Below, piece by piece: positions 34,880 through 41,841 of a DNA stretch of 41,841 bases. Positions within the stretch are counted from its first letter, which is position 1. Each line of letters opens with the position of its first letter. The stretch is from NCBI GenBank assembly GCA_002269645.1, contig NIVC01004565.1, positions 1 through 41,841 of the forward strand, written 5' to 3'. Position numbers and translations under genes: made by a program. The notes under the pieces were generated by a model, which saw nothing but the letters and a program-made list of their open reading frames with translations, was not told the DNA's origin and did no database searches. The stretch comes from Macrostomum lignano. Its lineage: Eukaryota.

Positions 34880-36013
34880 TTACTCGAAATGGGCCTCTTG
34901 ATTTAGCTGGTACGGGCCATATGCCGCCACCTGAGCCATGGCACTTGCCCATGCTTCCACATAACGTTGGGCTGCCGCGGCCGTGAGCACCACTCGGTGC
35001 CATCGGCTAGGCAAGATGTCGTTGCGCAGCACGCCCCTCAACTGCGGCAGAGTCGGGATGCCCAGGGCTTGGCATTGGACGACGAAGGCCGCATTCCGTA
35101 CTTGTTGCAGCCGTGTCAGAGTTGGTGCAGACAGGGGCGGCTGCGCGATTGCAAAATGCTGCAAAGTGCCACGGGGCACCTCGGCCAGGCCCGCGTAGCC
35201 GGGCTCAACGTCGCCCAGGGCCGCCAACACCCACCCACAGCGGCGATTGAACCGTTGCGAGAGAGTGGCGGCCCAGGCCACTGTGGCAAACGGCGCATAG
35301 AGGAGGGGCGCAGAGGCCGGCGCGGAGGCCGCAAGAATGCCGTCGTGGATGACGAGAGCCTCTTCTCATTCGGCGCCCTCGCTCAGGAAGCCCCAGAGCA
35401 GCCCTGGCAGGTCCGCAGGAAGCATGCCCCAGCGGCTGGCCAAGCTGGCCAGGCCAATCAATAGCCGGGCTCTCTGGGTTGGTGTCAGTTGTCTAGTCAT
35501 CTGAGAGGAGGCTGCGCAGCTGATGATCACCTTCTTGTAGACCGGCCGATCGCAGGTGCTGAAGATTGCTGTGATGGGGGCACAGGACGGCGGCCGGGCT
35601 GTCAGGTGCGATGGTTCCTCATCCACAACCTTGCGGAGGAACTTGGCGGCCTGCCGGACTAGGTCGCCGAGGGCGTATTTGTAGGCGCTCTGGGCCGCTG
35701 CCTCGATGTACATTAACAGCGTATTGTCAACCAATCCCAGCAGGGCCACTTTTGACAGGATGAGCAGACAGGGCCGGTCCAGGTTGTCGCGGAGTTGGCG
35801 CTCTAGAGTCGCATGCCTGTCCTCGGCCTGGAGTGGGCCATGATAGGACTCAAGCCCGACCCAGTGCACCAGATCCCTAGCTGTCGCCGAAGGTTCGCCA
35901 GCCACCTGACCCCAATCGACTTCTTCTCTTTGCAGGGCGATGTCCACACTTCGGCGGCTGTTGGGCAGAACATCACGCAGGCGGCGGGCCGCCTCGCCGA
36001 ATTCGGCCGCCAT
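34880..36013 (-). pseudogene. Accessory ORF X, 377 codons with one in-frame TGA (35366-35368); unknown product, possibly nucleoprotein-like
   Basis: Track ORFs 35366..36013 and 34880..35281 are in the same frame. The stretch between them is open (EEALVIHDGILAASAPASAPLLYAPFATVAW). Leu/Ala-rich, helical-looking protein at the env position. Confidence 0.65.
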
Positions 36014-36101
36014 GTCCGAAATGTCCGCGGTGTCGCCCCCAGCATTGGCCGGGTCGATTGTCTCCGAAAGAATCCGAAAGAGGAATTAATCATTAATTTG
36101 A

Positions 36102-36397
36102 CTGCCACCAGTTTGATGTACTATTATAAAAGAGAAAGGGGAACCTACCACCATCTTGGCGCATTACCAAAGAAAAGAAAAGGAGGATCAGCCACCATTT
36201 TGAGAGAGGTTGCTAGGGAAAACTGCCACCAATTGTACATTAACAGGGAAGAGAAAGAGGGAACCCGTCACCAATTAGAGTGGATTGCCCGGGGAAACTG
36301 CCACCATTTGCCCTTCTACCAGAGGAGAGGAAGACGAAAAACTGCCATCACTTAGAGGTGTATCATTAAAAGAAGGCGGGGAAGAAGGCTACCACTA
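36102..36397 (-). repeat. Dispersed array of 8 TGGTGGCAG-like motifs
   Basis: Exact copies at 36102, 36223 and 36298; copies with 1-2 mismatches at 36145, 36189, 36265, 36342 and 36389. Spacing 33-47 nt. Confidence 0.8.
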
Positions 36398-36560
36398 CTT
36401 GATCACCTAGAGCTCAAGGGAAGGAGAGGGAATGAAGAAAGGAAGAAACCCCCAGGAAGGCCACTACCACACGCCATAAAGTTAAAATCCCCATCTATCT
36501 ACATCCTAATACCCGGCTAGTTCCCTACTTCTATTTCATCCCTTAAATTCTCATTTTCAG

Positions 36561-36967
36561 GATTCCGGCCGCTAGTAGCCGAGCCCATCCTTGAAGAGGA
36601 GTCCGACTACGAAGCGCCCGAAGACAGCCATTCAGAGCCGGACGCCCCCTCTGATTCTGGGCCGGCTGCGCCATCTGGTGACATAGGCGCCGCGGCTCCC
36701 GGGCCATGCGACCGCCGGGCCGCCAGCGAACCAGCGTCCGGGGCCGGTTGGCATCCGGTACCACCGCCGTTGTCAGCCCGAGCGCACGCTCCGCCGCCGG
36801 TCGCCGCGGTGACGCCCGTGGCTGCCGCTCCACAGCCCTTGCCAACCCCTGTGGTGGGGACCGACGGCTCCTGGCATTTGGTCGTGCTGTCGACGGCCCT
36901 AATAGCCGGTCTCACAATGCACTGGCTACTGCTCTTGGAGCTATTTCTGCGGCTTCCCAACTGCTGA
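36561..36967 (+). CDS. Candidate antisense exon encoding an acidic/Pro-Ala-rich protein with a C-terminal hydrophobic helix
   Basis: Strong acceptor TTCTCATTTTCAG|G at 36560. Frame is open from 36563 to TGA at 36965-36967, reading FRPLVAEPILEEESDYEAPED...HLVVLSTALIAGLTMHWLLLLELFLRLPNC*. No ATG found for this frame upstream of the hydrophobic helix. Confidence 0.4.
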
Positions 36968-37555
36968 TGCTGGTGGTTCTTAATGCTTACTTACTAATTC
37001 TGAACTATCTGTCCCCATAACTTGACTTTAATTACTTACCTGACTTTACATTGACTAGACCACTGGCCTACTCTAAACTAATTGCTGCCCCATTTGCCTG
37101 ATAAACTTAATTACATTGAATGCCCCCCCCCCCTATTGCCTCATCGAAACCAATTAAAAGTTTCCCAAAATCGGACTTTCACAAAGTGTGAACAAACACA
37201 CGAAATCAGACCTAAAGGTGCTAATTTCCTACGGTCCCAGACTTCCATTGTTCCCAGAAAATCTTGAACAGCGGGGCAGGACCTCCTGTGGAGCAGACCC
37301 ATAGAAATTTTACTAGTTTCCAAGTTAATATTTACTGATAGGGAATTAACGCATACTGTACGGGCCTAATTTTCGAGCTAAAATCTTAGATATTTAAACA
37401 ATACCAACGAGCACGAGGTCACAACATAAATTCGAGTAATAGAGGGCATACGTAAATACGCGAAAAGCGGTCTCCAACGGGGCAATACGAGCAAAATTTC
37501 GACACGCGAATCGGGGGGGGATTAAGCAATCACTGGCTAGCTACCGATCTGTTAC

Positions 37556-38080
37556 TCAGCGGGGGTCGAATGGGAGACTCACACCTAGCAAGTAAACCTT
37601 TTCTGTTCGATAGTCTATGATAGCATGCGTACTGGCTAGAAAAGCACTACCCAGGAGGGAAACTGCTGCTGAATTGCCAACGACCAGAAAGAGGATTCTC
37701 ACCTCTTCTAGCCCAATAACTGCTGTGAGGGTGGCCTGGCCTAGCATCTCTAATTCATTGCCCGTGTAGGACACGGCCTTCACACATGGGGGCTCCAGGG
37801 CCTCCACACTCTGTCCGGTAATTTTAGTAAAGTCTTTGACTGTTAGCAAAGACAGCGCACTGCCCCCATCTACCAGGAGGCGGGTGGGAACATTCTCAAT
37901 TGGCAACTCTACAACAATATCTCTCCCGCGTTGTCCTCTAGCTGGTCTTGGCTGATAGAAATCGGGTACCTTCTCAAATCTAAACTTCTTGCTGGGCGGA
38001 CGTGGCAGGTTAAGCTGGGCCCTAGAGAGGGAACGGGGCTGAGTTCGGGCCGGGCCATTCAGCCCTCCCACGGGTTTCCC
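37556..38080 (-). CDS. pro: Retropepsin-type aspartic protease domain, reached by -1 frameshift and ending in a stop codon
   Basis: RLLVDGGSALSLL active-site-like motif, flap SYTGNEL, and SLLGSAFL / IIDY C-terminal motifs of Gypsy proteases. TGA at 37556-37558 with no RT following. Confidence 0.85.
   Translation of the reverse strand, partial: GKPVGGLNGPARTQPRSLSRAQLNLPRPPSKKFRFEKVPDFYQPRPARGQRGRDIVVELPIENVPTRLLVDGGSALSLLTVKDFTKITGQSVEALEPPCVKAVSYTGNELEMLGQATLTAVIGLEEVRILFLVVGNSAAVSLLGSAFLASTHAIIDYRTEKVYLLGVSLPFDPR
38018..38080 (-). promoter_or_regulatory. -1 programmed ribosomal frameshift signal
   Basis: Slippery heptamer G GGA AAC (38080-38074), 8-nt spacer, stem GGGCUGA/UCAGCCC (38065-38059 with 38042-38036), and a possible second stem GGCCC/GGGCC. 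The zero-frame UGA lies inside stem 1. Confidence 0.75.
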
Positions 38081-39501
38081 GAACCCGGGGGCTCTTCAGG
38101 CGTGGAAGGAGGAGGCATCAGAGCTTGCGCGCGCAGCTGGGCGAGCCTCTCCTGCCTCTCCCTGGTAGCCTCGTCTAACATATCTCTGCCCCACTTCTAA
38201 ATCTTGCCTATGGCGATCAGGTGGCGCACGAAGCTGCAATTGCTGCTGCTGCACACCCGGCGCCGGCGGCGTGGGCGCCTCCTGAATTGCAAGCGGCGGG
38301 GGCTGGGGTTGGCGCCAGTTCCTACTGCTATTAGAGCCGCCCTGCCCCTGCCTCCAGTTCCTGTTGGGAGTGGCGGGGCGAGGGGGCCTCATCTGCTGGG
38401 GCAGCTGGGCAACAGACTCTGCTGTCGCCTTCATAGTTTCATTGAGCTGCACCAGCTGGTTGCGCAGATCCTTTTGCGTTTGCTCTAGCGCGCCCAACCT
38501 CTCTTGCATCTCTGATAGGCCGTCACCGTCCTCCTCCGTCTCGTCAGCTTCCTGGTTCACCATCCTGACCCACTTGCGAGGGGGCCTGGGTGGCTGCTGA
38601 GGTTGCAGACGGACTTCGGTGCGGGACTCAGACCTGGGCGGGCCACTACTGTCCCATTTCCCGGCTAAGTCTGCGGCTTCTAACAGGGCTTGCTGCTGTT
38701 CTAACACCTGCTCAATTGTCTGCCAGCGACGGCTCAACAGATCTTGTCTGACCTGGCGGGGGAGCTTAGCGTGTTCCAAGTAGGTGTACACGATTTCTTG
38801 TTCTCTCTGCTCACCCTGAATCTGAGGAAACATGGCCGTTATCTGAGATCTTATCATAGCAGCAAAAGCACTATGTGATTGGCCGGGTTTCTGGCTCAGA
38901 TTCTTCAGCTTATTTCTCTTAGCCAGATCAGTGTTGGCCTCGCCCAACTGCTCTCCTAATCTAGATACGAACTGCTCAAAGGGCAATTGCCCGTCCAATC
39001 CTAAGGCTAAGTTCTGAAATTCACCTGGGAGGTGCGAGATGAGCACCTGCTTCCTAGCCTGATCTCCTACAGTTCTCTCCGCGTCCAGCTTGTAGATCAT
39101 TCTCTCTACCCATTGCACAAAACAGTGTTCGCCGGGAGAGAACTTTTCTACGTAGATTTTCGGCCTCTGGGCGTCTTGGCCCATGTTTAGCTGGTTAAAC
39201 GCATTGGCTATAGCGGCAACTAAGTCTCCTAGCTGCGGGACTGCCTGAGGAGGATTCTGGGCTGCGTCCGGGGAGCAGCGGCGGCTGCTGCGCCACCCTG
39301 ATTGGGAGCGGGAGCTGCTACTCCTTCATCTGGTTCCTCAACTACTACTGCTTCTGGAGGCTGAGGGACCTGGTTACCAGCGGCTGCGGCCATTGCGGCT
39401 GCGGGGGCGGCAACTGCTGGGGTGTCAGCGGCCGAGGGTGGTTGACCAGGGGCGTCTGCGCACACAGCTTCTACGACCCTATCTCCACGCGCCCGTGACA
39501 T
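38059..39501 (-). pseudogene. gag: gag (retrotransposon capsid), about 480 aa after correcting two compensating indels
   Basis: Capsid-like core KIYVEKFSPGE..FVQWVERM...KLKNLSQKPGQSHSAFAAMIRSQ in ORF 38096..39184. The Ala/Pro-rich N-terminus from ATG 39501 joins it if one C is added in the C4 run near 39270. The C-terminus WGRDMLDEATRERQERLAQLRAQALMPPPSTPEEPPGSGN lies in the ATG-39501 frame. Confidence 0.8.
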
Positions 39502-41832
39502 GTGAATGCCGGATAGCTGGGGGAGTACCCACTACCGGGAAGGAAAAGAAAAGAAAACCGGGGCAACTACAGGTAAAGACCGAAAAGTTGACCGAAACAC
39601 ACAAACACACTCACACACACAAACACAGACAAAACCACACACTTGCGGCGTCGAAGAAAACAAATTGAAAAACGGGTGGCTCCACATAATTCCATTTAGG
39701 CAGTCCTAACGGCTTCACTCGGCAAAGCACACTGACTCAAACTGCGGCTACCACTACCAGTTGTCTATGGCACATCCTGACAGGGAAAAATTGGCTATTC
39801 AGAGAGACTTGACCTTCATTTTGCGGCCATGCTAGGGAACCCAAATGCCGACCGTAAACGGACTTACGGCACCTGTACAAATTCTCCCTAGGGTTGCGCG
39901 CCGGACCCCATTTCCTTAAGAAAGCTACTACGAAGAAGCGTTGGCGCCTGGACCCAAAACCCAAGTGGCGGGAGCAATCCCCATGGAGGTCCTCCCACTT
40001 TACTGCCCTTGCACAGCCGGAAAACCGTCGGAGTCCAGTGGGGCTTCCACCTCAGGACTACCAATCTTGTACACGCAGCTTCACAAAAGGCGGGAATCCA
40101 GCTCCCCTACGTCTAGCAGAATCCACAAAAACCAAGACCTCCCCTTCTGTTCAGAGCGAAGGCGCGCAGCGGGAGTCCAGACTAAACTGTCCCCGAAGTT
40201 TTCAGGTTAGGCGGATTACAAGCCTGAAACTCTCGCCCGCTTTCCTAGGATAAACAGACCTAAGTGAGTATCTTCCTGAAATGCTTGCCCCTCCGATACT
40301 CCACCTTTGCTGCAGCTCGAAATAGCATACTTGGGACCTTTATCTGATGGCGGAGAAAGTCCTACAGTTGTCAGCCTCTCCACTTTACTGTACTTGAACG
40401 CCCGGTTCTACCAGGAGACAGGTACCTCCATCTAGGTTATTCCAAGTTGCCAGAGACGTCAACCCGTCTTATTGACCTTGCGGGGCACTGGGGTGGCACT
40501 CTATGTACCGGGGCTTTACATTAGGGGACTGCATGCAACCCTGCGTCTAAGCGCTTAGTGGGCTGCAGTGGCCAGAGGGGAAAAGAGTTGCGCAATAGCG
40601 CCTTCCTGGGCCAGGCTGACAAGTCGGGCAGGAGCGCCGTTCTACCGGGTCGGCTGATTGGCACACCCACCTCCCCTATCAGACTGACAGCAGGGGGAGG
40701 AATTACTAAAGGAGGAGAATGCAGCAGGAAACATTACGAGATCACTGGGGCCACCAGACTTCCAGTACACCATTCCAATACTCACTGAACTCCACTATCA
40801 ATAGGATACTATGGGATCTACTATTTCCAGCCACTGCACCAGCCCAAATGCAACCAAAGCAGTTACTACCGGGTCTGCAATACAGTGGGGAGAGTCAGCA
40901 GACACGTTGGGATCGAATCCCAGCCATGAAGGCACCAGGGGTTACCGCAGAATTCAGGTCCGGGCTGATCGCAGGTATTCCATAGGAGGTGACACTTTTT
41001 TTAGCCCGAGATTTTTGAGTCACACTGATACCCTACAGAGATACAATCACACCGCTATTCCCATTCCTGCGAGACTTTGGTATCCCCCAATGTTTCCAAG
41101 GCCATGACTACTGCTTCCCTTACTATGCATATATAGCGAGTTCCCATAGCCCTTGATAGCTGTTCATTCTAATGGACAAACAAAACACGCTCCGGTCTCT
41201 ACGCATTTCTAGGATTAACTGAGCGATCAGGGAGAGCGACTGTTACACTCCCCCGAGTAAAAGAAAGAGGTAGGACAAAGGAAAGAAATGCTTCGCTTCC
41301 AGCTTCCCTGTGCTTGCGTGATGAGGCTTCCGTACCTGGCTGGCTGTCCACCTCAACACTCACACAGTTCTGCTGTAGGCTAGGCGAGAAAGAAAGGGAG
41401 GGGAAATAAAGCATATTACCATGAAATAGAAAGTGAGTCCGGAAAATTCACTTCGCAGTTCTTCACACACTCCGTTACCAGGTAGCTATTCTGATTGTAA
41501 TCAAATCCGCTCGTCTACCACTTCACACTTTCTAGCGCTGAAACTGATCGGCTAAATTAATTTTAAATTGAATCAGGGCTTTGGCGAATGATGAATTTGG
41601 AAATTTCGAATGAATTGACGAATTCGCAGCCCGAAAATTTGAAAAAGTTACATTAATATTTTTGGATTTTGTTGCCTCACGCCATGGGAAGAAGAAGAAT
41701 CGATTGGCGATTTTACGATTGGTAGATTTAGACATGGCACTCTTTGCGCTTCGGCCACCATTCTGAGGGATGCCACAGGTGCGCTTGTCACATCTAAACC
41801 ACCAGTCCGAAACTCAGCGCTGTTTGCACCAG

Positions 41833-41841
41833 ATCCCACCG
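41833..41841 (-). other. Partial primer-binding site (tRNA-Leu AAG/TAG type)
   Basis: Minus strand CGGTGGGAT equals nt 10-18 of TGGTGGCAGCGGTGGGAT, the complement of the tRNA-Leu 3' end ...ATCCCACCGCTGCCACCA. The remaining 9 nt would lie just outside the window. Confidence 0.7.

Larger units (their letters stand above)
31609..41841 (-). mobile_element. Ty3/Gypsy-type LTR element lacking RT/RNase H/integrase, with accessory ORFs (5' LTR outside the window)
   Basis: 3' LTR with TGTAACC/GGTTACA ends, PPT, gag, retropepsin, and a partial tRNA-Leu PBS at the window edge, all co-oriented on the minus strand. Confidence 0.85.

Noticed and set aside
35366-35368. Programmed readthrough or selenocysteine at the TGA in ORF X
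   Set aside because: The context UGA-GAA is not a known leaky context, and no SECIS was seen. A nonsense mutation is simpler given the other lesions in this copy.
34967-36355. Plus-strand ORFs 34967..35464 and 35813..36355
   Set aside because: Antisense shadows of GC-rich ORF X and of the purine-rich motif array; composition is not protein-like.

Overview
Eukaryotic (invertebrate animal) genomic DNA, intron-rich and dense in 20-23 bp minisatellites. The style resembles flatworms such as Macrostomum, but that is inference only. Host genes: a 7-exon PHACTR (RPEL/PP1-binding) gene on + (1461-13792, about 598 aa), a UBL4A/GET5-like gene on - (17469-17996), and two SRP14 exons on - (20919-21938; first exon not found). 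Interspersed repeats: three CORE-SINE copies, a second tRNA-headed SINE, a hAT-like element family with an internal GA microsatellite, a MITE, five minisatellite arrays and a 5 kb non-autonomous Helitron (26303-31283) carrying a 3.4 kb central tandem repeat. The right quarter (31609 to the window end, - strand) is an unusual Ty3/Gypsy-type LTR element. In order it has a partial tRNA-Leu PBS at the window edge, a 2.3 kb leader, gag, a GGGAAAC -1 frameshift signal with a candidate pseudoknot, and a protease ending in a stop codon, with no RT, RNase H or integrase. In their place are an antisense, apparently spliced, membrane-protein unit, an array of 8 PBS-seed motifs, and a 377-codon ORF with motif-level resemblance to negative-strand RNA virus nucleoproteins. 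A PPT and a 2.2 kb 3' LTR with a dense TF-motif cluster follow. This element is the best candidate for an undescribed system. All homology calls are by eye; no searches were run.
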